A stretch of DNA of 64,000 bases from Eledone cirrhosa (GCA_964016885.1 OZ024741.1:138136001-138200000), one strand, 5' to 3'. Shown: positions 28,201 to 45,378, counted from the first letter of the stretch. Notes: a model not told the origin generated them from the letters alone. A program made the numbers and translations.

Positions 28201-28981
28201 AGGATTTCTATGATACTATGTACTGTAGACTCTACATTGTCACTAGTTTTGTTTTCACAATCAAAGTTTCATTCAGTTGATAATACCTACAACACAAAGA
28301 TTGCTCTCAACAAAGTTATCAAGGACATAGGAAATATAATGGTTCTGTAGTTGATTTGTCTTCGGTCAATCTTGATGGAGGAAAGTTATGATAAAAGCAA
28401 TTCCGGCCATTGCATCCCTGGTAATTCGAACTATAATAACACTGTTCATTCTATTTTAGGCAGTAGCGTGTAATTTCACGGATATGTCTTTGCTATATGA
28501 AGTTGTTCAAACGACTGAATAAAAGCTACTTGTTGATCATATGTATGGGAAATCGCAAGATAATATTAAATAGACGTAGCTATAGGGAAACTGTAATCAT
28601 AGTCGTAGTGACGATGACAAACTTCAAAGACTTGTTTGTATGAAGAAATCTTTTATATTCAATTTTCCACGATGAAGTAAACAAATATGCGTAAGAGCGT
28701 GATATTCAACAGTGTGCGACCCTTAAAACAAAATGGCATTCGAATACTCAATTTCACATTACCTGAATGTGAGAATCAAATATAGACATAGAATCGGCTA
28801 TGGTAATGTGTTGATTCTTTATTTATCATTCTCAAACAGATGAAAGGTAAAGTGGCCTTTGTATGTTTTGAAATCAAAAGACAGAAAGCCAGAACGTGAA
28901 TAATTCTACCCGACATCCTAAAAATTCTGTCAATTCATCGCCATACATATTTCTATATCATCACTTGTTTTTAAATAATGA

Positions 28982-29192
28982 TTTCAAATTTAGGCGCAAA
29001 ACCAAAATGTTGTGGGATGGGGGGGGGGGGGGGGGATGGAGGTAGATTACATCGCCCTCAGTGCGTTATTCGTACTTTATATTATCGACCTTGTGAGGAT
29101 GAAAGGCAAAATAAACTTGGCGGGATTTGAACACAGAACGTAAAGGGACATACTTCTATGCCACAAAGCATATGGTCCGATGCAGCCAATCC
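28982..29192 (-). mobile_element. tRNA-derived SINE, family A
   Basis: Reverse core ATCGACC...GGATGAAAGGCAAA...GGGATTTGAAC. Confidence 0.75.
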
Positions 29193-29704
29193 AGACATCT
29201 TTAACAAAATTTTCAACTCATGTTTTTATTTACTGAATATATATAAAACATTGCAGCTGCATTTTTTCTTATGGCCATAAGAAATACATATTTTCTTAAA
29301 TGTATATTTTAGGACAACATATTCTCGATATTTGAGGAAATTTATAGTGAGAAAACTATCCAGAAATTTAAGGCTTCGTGTTAGACTAATATTTGCTTAA
29401 CCATGTTAATAGAATATCGTCTTTTTTAATTGTCCAAATAGAATAACAGGAAAATGTTAAAATCTGCATCCGATTTTGGTACTGTTGACAAGTGCACACA
29501 ACGTAAACACCATCTCCCCCCTCGCTCTCTCTCACTCTCTCTCTCTCTATTTTCTCTCTCGTCAGAAGATACAATCAGAAGAAAGATAAATGAGAAGAGG
29601 AAGTAAAAAAAAAAAAAAGAATTCGTAGGAGGGAGCATGTGTATATTCAGTAAATCATATATATATATATATGTGTGTGTGAGTGTGTGTGTGTGTGTAT
29701 CAAT

Positions 29705-29773
<69 letters not shown>

Positions 29774-30101
29774 AGTTTAGATGATTTGATAATAGAACCA
29801 TATAAGGCAAAGAATAATTAAAATTTCAAATATGATTTTATAGCCCACAGTAATATGGATAATAGACAGTTCAGAGTTTAATCCTATTAGTAAATTTCAA
29901 GTCGCATTAGTTTTACAGCATCACAGAACATATATAAATGAATAAACATAACCAGGATTAAATTACATTAGATTTTTAGCGAACGTTTCTTTCAATACAT
30001 ATATGTATGTATGTATGTGTGTATGTATGTATGTATGTAGTTGTGTATGTATTTATGTATTTATCTATACACAAATCTGAAATGCGTGTATATGGAAAAT
30101 A

Positions 30102-30167
<66 letters not shown>

Positions 30168-30171
<4 letters not shown>

Positions 30172-30283
30172 AACGAGTAGGACCCCGACGGCTAGGCTCA
30201 AGCCGTTTCGACGGCTAATTCTGAGTCCAGAATTAGCCGTCGAAACGGCTTGAGCTCAGCCGTCGGGGTCCTATTCATTCCTA
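30168..30283. repeat. GC-rich hairpin duplicating an HHR 3' half
   Basis: Arms 30168-30224 and 30231-30283; GAAAC-GGCT..AGCC-GTC-GGGGTC. Confidence 0.7.
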
Positions 30284-30360
30284 TTACCCACTCTACTACC
30301 CTAAGTATTGAGTACTTTGGTACGTTATGGTCCATCGGGTTCCTTACCACATTTCCTTCG

Positions 30361-30463
<103 letters not shown>

Positions 30464-30897
30464 CACATATATGTGTGTGGGTGTGTGTGTATGTATATGC
30501 ATATGCACCATTTTATTCCTCTGTACTGAATTCTCCAGAATCATTAAACAATATATTACAATTAATTATTTACCAACTGTATGTGCAAGCTAACAATTTA
30601 AAGTCGTAACCCGACTTCTGAAATCCAACTACTGAAACTTTGGAGTATCTAATTTGGTATAGACATGCTATCACGAACGATATATACACCACTTCAACGT
30701 AGATAACCGTGTGTCTGACACACATGACGTGACATATATGCACACTCACAAACAAATGTAAACAGAAAAAAACCCCACACAATATCACTAAATGTATCCC
30801 ATTTGAACGCACATAACAGTAACAATGACATATCTAGACTCTCCGTCTTGGAACCCACTCACGCCACACAACATATCTCGTTATTTTTGCCATCCTA

Positions 30898-31115
30898 AGG
30901 TGGAGGATTGGCAGCATCGGTAGTGACTCGGACGCCATGCTTTGCAGCAAAGTGTTACGGCCCTTTATGATCGGAGTTAAAATCCTGCTAAGGTTAAAAT
31001 TGCCTTTCATCTTACGGGTTCGATAAAATAAAGTACCAGTCACGCTCTGGGGTCGATTTAATCGACTTTCCCCTCCCACCAAATTGCTGGCCTTGTGGCT
31101 ATATAAGAAACCATT
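30898..31115 (+). mobile_element. tRNA-derived SINE, family A (long variant)
   Basis: A/B boxes, core, extra GGGGTCGATTTAATCGAC hairpin. Confidence 0.85.
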
Positions 31116-31311
31116 TTTTTCTGCCATCCTGATAAAAGGTAGTTTTCTTCAACATTCCAAAAGCTATTTTGTCTTAACTTTGCTTTCACTTAATGGAGTA
31201 CTGCAGTTTGATACGCTGAAACACTTATTTCCCTTTACCAACAAGCGTAACACTAATAAGACTTTGTGTCCTTAAATCCGTAAATTTCTTTCTGTTTTTT
31301 TTTTCCTGAAC

Positions 31312-31348
<37 letters not shown>

Positions 31349-31807
31349 GTATAAATATGTCATCTTGTGATATATCTTGACAACATATGTAGATATCTCA
31401 AAAGATCCTTATTCCTTATATCCATGTTTTTCTTTCTTTCTGTATATATATATGTTTATCATCTTGCGATGTATTTAACAATATATGTATATATGCCAAA
31501 AGATCTTCAAATGAATGCGTCTATAATTTTGAATGAACGTTTGCCTATCATTGCTCTACGTTGCTGGACATTTCAGATTGACAAAAAGGAACTAAAATTG
31601 GCCAAATATAAAAATGTGTAACTTTCCTAGACACTAACACGTCCAACATTGTCAGTGGATCTCTGTGAATGTATGAAAATATGTATATATGTAAGTATGT
31701 ATGAGTGTATGTATGTAAGTATGTATGTATGTGTGTATGTAGTTGTGTATTTATTTATGTATTTATCTATACACAAATCTGAAATGTGTGTATATGGAAA
31801 ATATGCA

Positions 31808-31907
<100 letters not shown>

Positions 31908-31968
31908 TATGTGTGTGTGCATGTATGTATATGCATATGCACACAACTATATATGTATTTGTATATGG

Positions 31969-32006
<38 letters not shown>

Positions 32007-32719
32007 TGTACATATATGAGAGTGGGTAAATGTGTACGTGAATACCTTTATGTATATATGAACAACAATCAATCCTTCTTGTATAATCTGAACACAAAAT
32101 AGAACAATGCTGTCGGTAGCATTTTCTAATCGTTGAAATTCAAAGCGAGCTAAAATAAATTTTCAAAAGATGCTCAACCTATTCAAAAGTTCTTTTATTT
32201 AATGTTGTTTTCTGATGATGTTGGCATTAAACCTGATAAACGAAGACTGATTTTCTATTATATCTATTTTTGTTGTTGTTATTACGTGCAATCATTCTCT
32301 ATGATTGTCTGATTCCAATGCCAAATTGGCACCCTCTAATTTTAAATCTCAGCATCTGGAACCAACTCCATTTAGTTTGGTCAGTTCCAAAACCACTGAT
32401 GTTACGTTAGACAAACAGTATTTTAATAATATTTAGTACAACTATGTCATTTTAATGAAAGGCTAAACGTATCGCTAAACAGGTTTGTGAGTAGCAAATT
32501 CTGTCTATTACTGACGTATTATCGATGACGCTGTTATTGCGGCTAGGTCAGTTTATAGATGTTTTCCCGCTTACTCACACATAGAAATATACTACATGCA
32601 TGCACCCGAAAACAAAGACACACACACACACACACACGCACACACATACTCAGACACACACATACACACACACATACACATACACACACATACATACACA
32701 CGCACAATAGTAATAATAA

Positions 32720-32875
32720 TAGTTTCTGAATTAGGCACAAGACCAGCAATTTTGAGAGAATGGAAAGTCGATTAAATCGACCCAAGTGCGTGACTGACTA
32801 GTACTGTATTCATCGACTCCCTAAGGAAGAAAGTCAAAGTTAACCTCGGCGGGATTTGAACTCAGAACCTAAGGC
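32720..32875 (-). mobile_element. tRNA-derived SINE, family A, 5'-truncated
   Basis: Reverse core and B box. Confidence 0.75.
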
Positions 32876-32904
32876 CTTAACTCTATGCGAATAATAATAA
32901 TAAC

Positions 32905-33635
32905 AATAATTTATTTATTGGCCACTAGGGCCTAGATATAGGGTACACAAGAAAGACAAGGACGGTAATAACAAACTAACAATAACATTTACAACAATTT
33001 AAAATTCCCCAATATTGGTGAGAACCACCTAGGCGTGACTCAGGTATCCCCTCCAATCCTTAACCACCCGAATTCTCGAGAGCACCCGACTAATCAACCA
33101 GCATACAGGCAAATGCTCAGAGTAAGCACATTCACACGGGTCATTCTTGCAACAAATGTACTGGAGGCAGCACTTCTCTCCCTACCCTCACCTTTCGTTC
33201 CCAAAGAAACTTGAATAGATTGATGAGTGATTGGTCGAAGAGAAAAAAGTCTGTCGTCCGCCCTTCCAGCCTGGTCCACCACACATCTTTCGTTACAGCC
33301 ACCAAGCAGAGGAAAGTTAACTGCCCTTTCGCTAGCCGGACCAGTCCAACACGGGAAAATAGCTGTTCGGCATAACTCCACAAGTCAGTAATACACGGAC
33401 ACTGGGCGAGTCCGTCCATAACGGTTTCGTCGCTCTGCCTGCATCCCGGACAGGTCTGTCTGACAGCACTTCCGTGCCTGTAGAGTTGATCACGAACCGA
33501 CAGTGCCCTCCGGTAGCATTGCCAAACGAGGGTTTTCTGTAAGTTATCCATAAACCCCGGCTCGAAAGTCCTCCGGAGCTGATTGGTTAGTTCGATTTCA
33601 TCGATGCTCAGATCTTCTTCGAGTGCGTCGTATTC
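32905..33635 (-). mobile_element. Tx1/L1-like LINE 3' fragment (zinc-binding C-terminus), decayed
   Basis: MDNLQKTLVWQCYRRALSVRDQLYRHG...CPGC...DETV...C...LW; paralogous to the 43.2-44.7 kb copy. Confidence 0.8.
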
Positions 33636-34035
33636 GAAGATTCAACTAAGTTATCCATTACGAGCGATAATTTCGAATGGGAGAATGTTCACGTTATTAA
33701 CGGTCAATTGAATCCTTTCTGGTTTAAAAATGTTCCCTGGTGTGTTGAGATTTTCACAGTTTTCAATGCCGAGTTTGACTCAGTAAAACTGCAGTAGAGG
33801 CGCTCTGAGAAAATAGGTAAATATTTCTTTATCATATTTGATTTCTCAAATATAATTATTTCTTATGCTCTAACCAATTGGTTTTTATTAATTCCCACAT
33901 TGAGCAAAATTGGTATTGGTTGGACTCCCTCATATGTGTGATTATACTTGTGTATATATGTATATATCTTCAGTATATTTGTTATACACATGCACACACA
34001 CACACACACACACACATGTACCCCCCTCCCACACG

Positions 34036-34071
<36 letters not shown>

Positions 34072-34119
34072 AACACATATATATGAATTAAAAGTGACAA
34101 AGGCGTTGTGTGGTTACGA

Positions 34120-35336
34120 ATAAATATTATTTAGAAAACGTAGGAGCTCTTACGTTTTCTAAATAATATTTATTAATTAATTAATTTTCTGTCGTTCTCT
34201 TCGCTATCGTGTCTGTTTCTTTGTTGTTTTCTACCCCGATAATTATTCCTCTTAATTATCAATGCACTGTGATGAGGTATACTGTCTTTAATGCGTGGAA
34301 ATATCACCAACCCACAGCAGACAGCCGATGAACGGCAATTGTTCTTATGTTTGTGTTTCCTTACGTTTTCTAAATAATATATACATATATATATATATAT
34401 ATAGTTATACTTGGGGAGGGTCATATTGTTGTAATAATATTCTTAGAATTAATAACTGAACACACTCACTGTTTGGTTGGTTTTCGCTTCTGCATCTTTT
34501 ATATCAGTTAATTCATTCGGTCCTCAATGTTTACCATTGACTGACCAACGGTAAAAAATACAGATATAATATAGATATAAACACATATATATAATCTAAC
34601 AAAGTTCTTTCGTTGCACATCTGCAACATCGTCAGTGGTGCTATTATGTTCCTCCTGTTGTATTGTATATTTACGCCATATTTATTTAATATGTTTATTT
34701 ATTTCTTTATTTAGTGTTGTCTTCTTCCCTGCGCATGCGTTTGCATGTGTGTATAGTGTTTGGTGTGTATTCGTGTTTGCGTGACTGTGTTTTGGTTATT
34801 GTATTCTATCTTAGTTTACTAGTGTGTGCTTATATGTGTTTGTTGTTATTGTGCTTGTGTATATATTTATTTATATTTCTCTTAAGTTAGTATTGTTTGT
34901 TTGGGTGTTGTTGTTATTCCATTCATTTTTTCTGTTTAGCTTTTGTCTTCTAAGTTCTATTTCACTTGCCTCTCTGATTTACCTATCTGCTGGGTCATTT
35001 CTATCTTTAAATATTATTTTAATTTCTATGTTGTCTATGTTACCGTCGTTTTGTTGTCTGGCGTGTTCGGATAGTACTGAACCGTTTTTTCGTCCTTTCA
35101 GTTACCCCAGTGTTGGTCAATCCTTTCACTTATGCTTCGAGCTGTATCGCCTATGTATGTTGTTGTCATGACATATCTGTATTTTTGACCATTGGTCAGT
35201 CAATGGTAAACATTGAGGACCGAATGAATTAACTGGTATTAAAGATACAGAAGCGAAAACCAACCAAACAGTGAGTGTGTTCTGTTATTAATTCTGGCAA
35301 TATTATTACAACAATATGACCCTCCCCAAGTATAAC
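34120..35336 (-). mobile_element. 5'-truncated Penelope-like element with inverted terminal segment
   Basis: GIY-YIG remnant; arms 34404-34567 and 35173-35336 inverted; small hairpin 34120-34173. Confidence 0.8.
34915..35170 (-). pseudogene. Penelope-type GIY-YIG endonuclease C-terminal half
   Basis: TYIGDTARSISERIDQH, then after a frameshift GSVLSEHARQQ...IEIKII...DPADR*IREASEIE...KLNRKNEW. Confidence 0.8.
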
Positions 35337-35379
35337 AGTATTTATTTCGACACACAATTTCATATAAAAAACCTCGCAA

Positions 35380-35476
<97 letters not shown>

Positions 35477-35523
35477 CGTAAAATAAGGAAATTATAGTAA
35501 GTAACTCATTTACTTACATTTCG

Positions 35524-35603
35524 CTCCAACTAATTAGTTTCTGAAAGGGGATATACATACTCTCCAAATGGAGACCATGGAGAATCCTTTCTTCATCAGG
35601 GAG
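35524..35603 (-). ncRNA. Type I HHR, long stem II
   Basis: CTCC-CTGATGA-A GAAAGG...CCTTTC A-GAAA-CTAATTA-GTT-GGAG; palindromic stem III. Confidence 0.7.
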
Positions 35604-35894
35604 TCATTCTTGGCTAAGATACCTGGCGATGCGCAGATACACATACACACTCGCCCCCCCCCCCCCATATATATATATATATATATAAATGGAAGTTTAG
35701 TAAAATCGAAGTTTTGGCTGTGGCCAAGCTAACGATATACAATTAAGAATGGACAGCAAAGCACTCGATAAGGTTGTGTCACCTAAGTGTAATAACATAC
35801 GTTAGATAGCTTAACAAATTGAAAACTGTGGCCGGTGAACCCAGCCACATCAAACCAAAGGAACAAAAGAACCAATCAAGTATTGACAAACAAA

Positions 35895-36030
<136 letters not shown>

Positions 36031-36094
36031 TATATACATACATATATATATATATATACACATATATATATACATACATATATATATATATATA

Positions 36095-37740
<1,646 letters not shown>

Positions 37741-38205
37741 TTAGGTACATATACATATATATATATATATATATTTAATACATTAACAGAGAAAGCTTTA
37801 AGCAATACTCTGACCGGCTTCCATCTCACTCAACAAACTTTAGGATATACCTCAGTATAATCCCAATTTTACGTTTGGGGTGTTAACTATATGTATTTTG
37901 CGGATAGCCAGTTGTATTATTTTATATGAGACATAATTAAAATACATCTCCCTTTCCAAACAATTGTTTCATTATAAGTTTTCTACAAGTTGGGAAAATA
38001 TGTCCAGATTATGTAGAAGCCTACATATAGTCCATGGGAATATATGCAGGTGGGCACTTATAAATCTTCAAATTTTTTTTTTATATCGATGTTTGACGGG
38101 CAAAAAAAAAAAAATGTTCTTACCGATATATATAAATATGTATAATACTTTGGGATTGTCATGCACCTCCTATTATTATTATTATTATTATTATATACGT
38201 GACTA

Positions 38206-38315
38206 GGGTGGTGAATTGTCAGAATCGCTAGAGCGTCAGAAACCATACTTCGTGGTATAGAGTTACAGCCCTTTACATACTGAGTTGAAATTCCGCCGAG
38301 GTTAGCTTTATCTTT
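38206..38315 (+). mobile_element. SINE family A, 5' part
   Basis: tRNA-like head and B box GAGTTGAAATTCCGCCGAGG. Confidence 0.6.
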
Positions 38316-39527
38316 TCGTACATATTTTACCTTCCTTCAAATCACGCAAGGCAGAATCACTTCGATTCAATTTCATCTGAGAGTGCATATTGCTGAAACA
38401 AACTAAACAACTGCAAGACATCCTCACCGACAAGCCTTCATCGGTAAAGTTAGTATGTGTTCGATCTTCAGAGAGATCCCTCGCTTTGTACTTGCCTTTG
38501 TGTTTACCTCTCTCACTTTCCATCTCTCCGTCCCTCTCTCTCTGTATATATATATATATGGCTGTGTGTGTGTATGTGTTTGTGTGTATACATGGTAACC
38601 ACTTTGTAAATGCACGTAACCCCGTTTAGGAATAAAGCTGATCGAAAATATAATTAAAAGAAGTAGTCTAAATATAAATAAGTAAACTATATGACACTGA
38701 TATTGAACTTTTGTTCAATTATGCGTTGATAATTTAGTACCCTGTTACGATTCTCATCTCAGTAAAATCTATATGAAAAAACCAATACAGTTGACAAATA
38801 AAATACTTATCATTCAACGTCATTTATTTCAGGACTCAAATCTTTAAGTAACATCTTTAATGTCCGATCCAATCTTTATTTAACACCTTTACCAAATGTG
38901 TTAAAATGTAACAATGAATAATAAAATGGAAGGTAAATAAAAGTGCATTTAACTGATACTATCTATTAGTTGTACATCTCTAAACTAATGTCGAATATTT
39001 ATGTCGCATTAGTATTTTCATACGTAACTTTAATTTCTTCCATATAATCAGTCTAGTATATTCACGCTATAGATTAACCACTAATATGCTGGATGCAAGA
39101 TGCATTAGTAGAATCGTTACGACGTCGTATTAAAAGGTATGCCTTTCATCATTATGTAGTCGATAAACTACCAGATAAGTACTAACGTCGACTGTTAACT
39201 CCTAAATTTCTGTCCATGTGTATGAATTAGAAACCATTATAAAATATAAGATGTGATTAAATATATGCAGGGTCGAATATTCAAATTAAAATATTGATCG
39301 AGTGTTGAACTAGAAGTATACCAAATATAATACCACCCATGTCTTCTGTTGTAATTATATGTGCAACTTACTATGTTTATATGGTAAATATTTCTTCTTG
39401 GTGCATCCTTGTTGCTTTAACCTCGATATGATTTGTGTGAGCCACTTTCATTATTTTTTGTTCATTTCGTTATCTCACCATTATCTCTTTCCCTCTCTCT
39501 CACTCGTTTCTCTCACTTATATATATA

Positions 39528-40280
39528 CTAGCAGAATGCCCCGGCATTGCTCGGGCTTCTAAACATAGATTGACATGTTTATCCCTCCTTTCTGAAACAG
39601 TATAGAGAAGTACGGAATGCCTCGACCGGGGATGGTGTCTAAATGTTGTGCTTATAAAAGAAATTCGTCGTAGATTACCAGGGGTTTAACTTATTGGGTG
39701 CCTGAGAGTAAAATGTTCAACCCACGAAAGCCAAGAGGACAGGGTTAAGTAAAAAGCATTCGACCAACCTAACACGTATTTGTTGTGCTATGGTAGAATG
39801 AAAGCAATAGTTACAGAGCAGTAAGCATGTGGGGCTGCAGTAGTGTAGAGCATGAAGGAATTTAGTTGGATACCTTTAAGGTTACAAAAATCTACCCAAT
39901 CTGATATGGACCGAACTTTTATATCGGATACCAAACGCTTCGGAGTTACTATTGAGATCACCATCAACAATTTCAAGGGATGTACGTTTAAGTAGGGATA
40001 ATATAGTCTATAAAGAGAGATAACACTTTCAAAATACTAAAGAGTTGTCTCTCTTGAACATTGTAGACAAAATTGCCGAACTATCTGACAAAAAGGGCTA
40101 AAATTTTAGTGAAAAAAAACGCCTTTAACAACAGAAAATTGAAAATTAAAAGCTGCAGTTAATATCTTTAGGCCGCAAGGAATATATAAATGCAGTCAAT
40201 CAGCATAGAAATGTGGATTTGTATAGACTTTGCCAAAATTAGGACACACACACAGACAACTTCAGTTTTATATATATATA
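39528..40280 (-). mobile_element. Non-autonomous Helitron-like element
   Basis: Minus-strand 3' end CCCGAGCAATGCCGGG hairpin + CATTCTG + CTAG; 5' end TATATATAAAACTGAAGTTGTCTGTGTG merges into (TA)n. Confidence 0.65.
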
Positions 40281-40313
40281 TATATATACACACACACAAA
40301 CACACACACAAAC

Positions 40314-40441
<128 letters not shown>

Positions 40442-41322
40442 ATGTGTGTGTGTGTTTGTGTGTGTATATATATATATATATAGTTGGGACACGATGACTT
40501 AGCTTTCGCCGTTTCAACAACTAGTTCCTTTTTTTTCCCTCTTCATTTCGTCACCCTTTCTCTCTATCGCCCCCCTCTCTCTCTCTCTCGCTCTCTTTCC
40601 CGCTCTTCCTCTCCCTTATCTATGTATATATATATACATATAAGGGAGATATAGAGTGAGAGAAAGAGAAAGAGTGACGAATTAAGGAGAGAAAGAATGA
40701 AAGGAATAAATGAAGAAAGAAAGAAGATAATAAAGAAGGAATTGACGAAATATAATTGAAAAAATAGAAAGAAATGAAGAAAAAGGAAAAGAAGGATAGA
40801 GGATAAGTCGTGCCATTTTATTTTATTGTTGATATGAAATTTTGATAACTCTTGTATGCACACTGGATAGAGGTATCAGAATGGCTAATTTAAATGACCG
40901 TACGATCTCATTTTAAAGTCGATTACGATCGTTTCGGCTTGTAAGCAAACGATGACCCAGGGTTGATTAAATTTTCATTAAATTTCGCACAAGCGCTCGT
41001 ATTTTCTTTGTCCTTTTCCCTGTTATTCTTCTAGTATTACTTTGGCAAACGTTTGAAGTGAGAACATCAGCAGCAACCACACCAGCAGAAGCAGCAGTAT
41101 GAAGAGTAAAAGTTGATTAGCTTAGTTCTATATTGATTGATGAGAGTAATTTCACACTGTGAATTACTTATAACATATAAGACCTCTTTGCAGCGATCAG
41201 ACGTACAGGAAATGGCTTTTGGAAATGTGTCGATTACTTCAAAGACACATACACACACACACACACACATACACATACACACACACAAACACAAACACGC
41301 ACACGCACACATACACACACAC

Positions 41323-41364
<42 letters not shown>

Positions 41365-41564
41365 GTGTGCGTGGGTGGGTCAGAGGCGTGTATTTATGTT
41401 TGTGTTTCTCTCTTTTGTTGAGGAGGAAGCGAGAGAGAACTGACACTGAAAATATGGAGCAGCAATGGAAAGAATCCCCAGCTTTGACTAGACGATTTTA
41501 TATGCACATTCATACATACACAAATGCGCATATACATAGTCATATACGCTCACATATACGCACA

Positions 41565-41681
<117 letters not shown>

Positions 41682-41708
41682 CTCTTTATCTAGATAGCTA
41701 TCCATCCA

Positions 41709-41865
<157 letters not shown>

Positions 41866-43057
41866 CTCTCTATCTAGATAGCTATCCATCCATCCATCTA
41901 TCTCTCTATCTTTCTAGTTAGCTAGCTATCCATCCATCCATCTATCTACCTATCTATTCATCTATAAACGGTAATAAACTGTAAAATCGCGATATATTTA
42001 ACTAAATGAGATATAATCAATTAACTCCACATAATCATTCTAGGTTTGCTTTGTATAAAGATGTCTTGTTGCTGGTTAATGAACCATGTATAATATTAAT
42101 AATAATTTGGAAAATGTAAAGTTAAACTATACCTTTGGACATGCAGATAGAAAATGTGAAGATACCGTAACCAAGAGTGTTTGAAATTATTCATCAAATA
42201 TTAGAATTGAGCCACACCCAGTAATACCTAAAGTTACCCATCTAGGACTCACGAGATGTAACGCTCATCGTAAGAACCGACAGAAACCCACCTTATTTTT
42301 CTCTACTGCTGTTTCTGTCACTCTCTCTCCTTCTTCTTCAATCCGTCTCCTACTCTCTTTCACGCATTATTAACACTGAAAGTATAACTGGCGAACGTAA
42401 TTCATCAAAGAATTTGGACTATAACAGTTAAAAAACGAAATGTTTTTAGACTTCACAAACTATACATTAAGCAAAACAGATTCTTTCAGAGATTTGAATC
42501 TCAGTGAATTGATTAGTGAATTAAAGGTTTTAAATCAAGACGAAAAATTACTGGAACTAAATGCTTGATAGCAGAAAATAAGAATGACATTTTGTGTTCT
42601 GAGAACAAAAGTGAAACTTTTCCTGAGATTACGGAGTTCAAATCAAAGACGGAAAATATTTATCTATCGGTTTGACGAGAGGAAAAGGAAACTCACAAAT
42701 CTTCTGTTCGAGACAAGCGTAAACTTATTCGTGAAAGACGGAAAGTAGTCCTGTTATTGATGGGCTGAAGAATGTAAAAATAAACGCTGTATTCTAATGT
42801 TCGAGACAATCAATTAGGAATCTCTCTTTGGATATTTCAAGAGCAGACTGATGCTTTTGGAGCAAATTTACCAATCTATAGGATATCAAATTAATCATTG
42901 TTCATTCAGCAGTGTTTGACAACGTCCTATCGAACGAAGACATTTAACATCAATTTATCTATTTGTAGATGTTTTAAATTAATAAATTTTAATTTTACAC
43001 TCGTTTCACTGTTTTGGCGTTACTGTTACATATACCTTTATATTCAGAATCTGGCTA

Positions 43058-43170
<113 letters not shown>

Positions 43171-43171
43171 G

Positions 43172-44682
43172 TTTCTTTTATTTGCCACTAGGGCATCAAA
43201 AGTGGGACAAGTACAAAGGGGGGAGTTTACACAAAAAGGCGTCCTCAATAAGGAGGAGGCAATAACAAAATATAAAAATAAAATAAGATATAACAAAAAA
43301 TAAAATTTTTAACAAAATCCTCAATAGAGAGGAGGCGCCTTGGGGGGTCGCACACACCCCCGAAAAAAGTGTGCAACCCTTCTCCTCAGGAGCACAGAGA
43401 AGAGGTGCTCCCTTGGTCTTTCATCTTCCTCACCTATAGTCTGATGTAGAGTGAAGGCCCATTCACACGGGCCATTCTCGCCACTTTCACCCATCTTTCA
43501 TAGAAACGGCTGGGGTGCAGCACCTCTCTCTCCATCCTGATCCTTCTTCCGAAATGATATCGGAAGAAACGGACCAGTTGTTGGCCAGAGAGAAAGGTGC
43601 CTGACCTCAGTCCTTTCAGACGCGTCCACCATACAACCTCTTTCGCCATGGCTATTACGCACAGAAACACCGCCTCTGCTTCATCTTTGAAGGGGGGAGG
43701 CGGCTTGATCATTACAATAGAATCGGTGGTCAACCGGATCGGTCACACCCTTGACAGCAGTTGTTCGACATAGCCCCACAGATCGGCTACGCCCGAGCAG
43801 TGTACCAATGCGTGTGCAACGGTTTCCTCGTCGCACACGCATCTGGGACAGATCTTTTTGGCGGGGTCCCTACCCGGGAGCCCGTGTCTGTAGAGCCTTT
43901 CTCGAACGGGTAAAGCCCCTCGGTAGCACTGCCAGGCCAGGGACTTCTGGAAGTTGTCCATAGGTCCCGGGCTGAATGTCCTACCGAACAGGCTGGCCAG
44001 TTCGTCCTCCTCCATGTCTAGGGCTTCTCCGAGGGCGTCGTCGCACCTGCTGCGTACCAGCCCTCTATAGAATGTTGCGGTGGAGTCTCCACTGATAACC
44101 GGATCCGCCTGCCAGAGGGCGGTGAGCGCCTGGGCACACTCAGTGTGCCAGGCGCCCAGTTTTCTCGGTCTTTGCTTGACCCAGGATTGCAGCTCGGTGA
44201 GTGAGACGAGTCTGGGAAAGGTTCGTCTCACAAACGAGGCCCACACCGGTTGTCCGGTGAGGAATACGTAGAGGTGCCGTAGCCTTAATGCGTGTTTACG
44301 CATCATTAGCCACGGCATCCCCAGCCCTCCTTTCGAAGGGTGTTGACAGAAGATGGATCTCCTCACCATAGGAGCCCGCCTCTTCCAAAGGAATTGGAAG
44401 AGCGCGCGCTCCATCTTGGTGAGGGTTTCCCTTGGGCAGGGCACTACGGTCAGGCGGTAGTAGATGACGGACGCTATGTAGGTGTTCGCCACCTCCGCCC
44501 GACCTTTCAGGGATAGTTTGCAACTGGCCCACTTCTGGGTCAGTGCAAACACCCTGTTCGTAACCTCCACCCAGTTTTTCTCCACCTGGAGGTCCGGTCC
44601 GAACCAGACTCCGAGCAACTTCACCGGGCCCTCCGTCCAGCGTCCGACGACGCTATCGGAGGGCATCGGTCTGCCCCTCCAC
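43172..44682 (-). mobile_element. 5'-truncated Tx1/L1-like LINE
   Basis: ORF2 C-terminal part plus 3' UTR ending in AATAAA; both ends abut (TA)n. Confidence 0.9.
43434..44680 (-). pseudogene. LINE ORF2 fragment: RT thumb to zf-RVT, one frameshift near 43740
   Basis: VKLLGVWFG...LSLKGRAEVANTYIASVIYY...KGGLGMP...CPRC..DEETVAHALVHC...W. Confidence 0.9.
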
Positions 44683-44733
44683 ACATATATATATATATAG
44701 TTAAAAGAATAGAGGTGTAACACACAAGTTATT

Positions 44734-45378
<645 letters not shown>

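Noticed and set aside
42340-42900. Possible decayed transposase
   Set aside because: Multiple stops and no motif I can identify reliably
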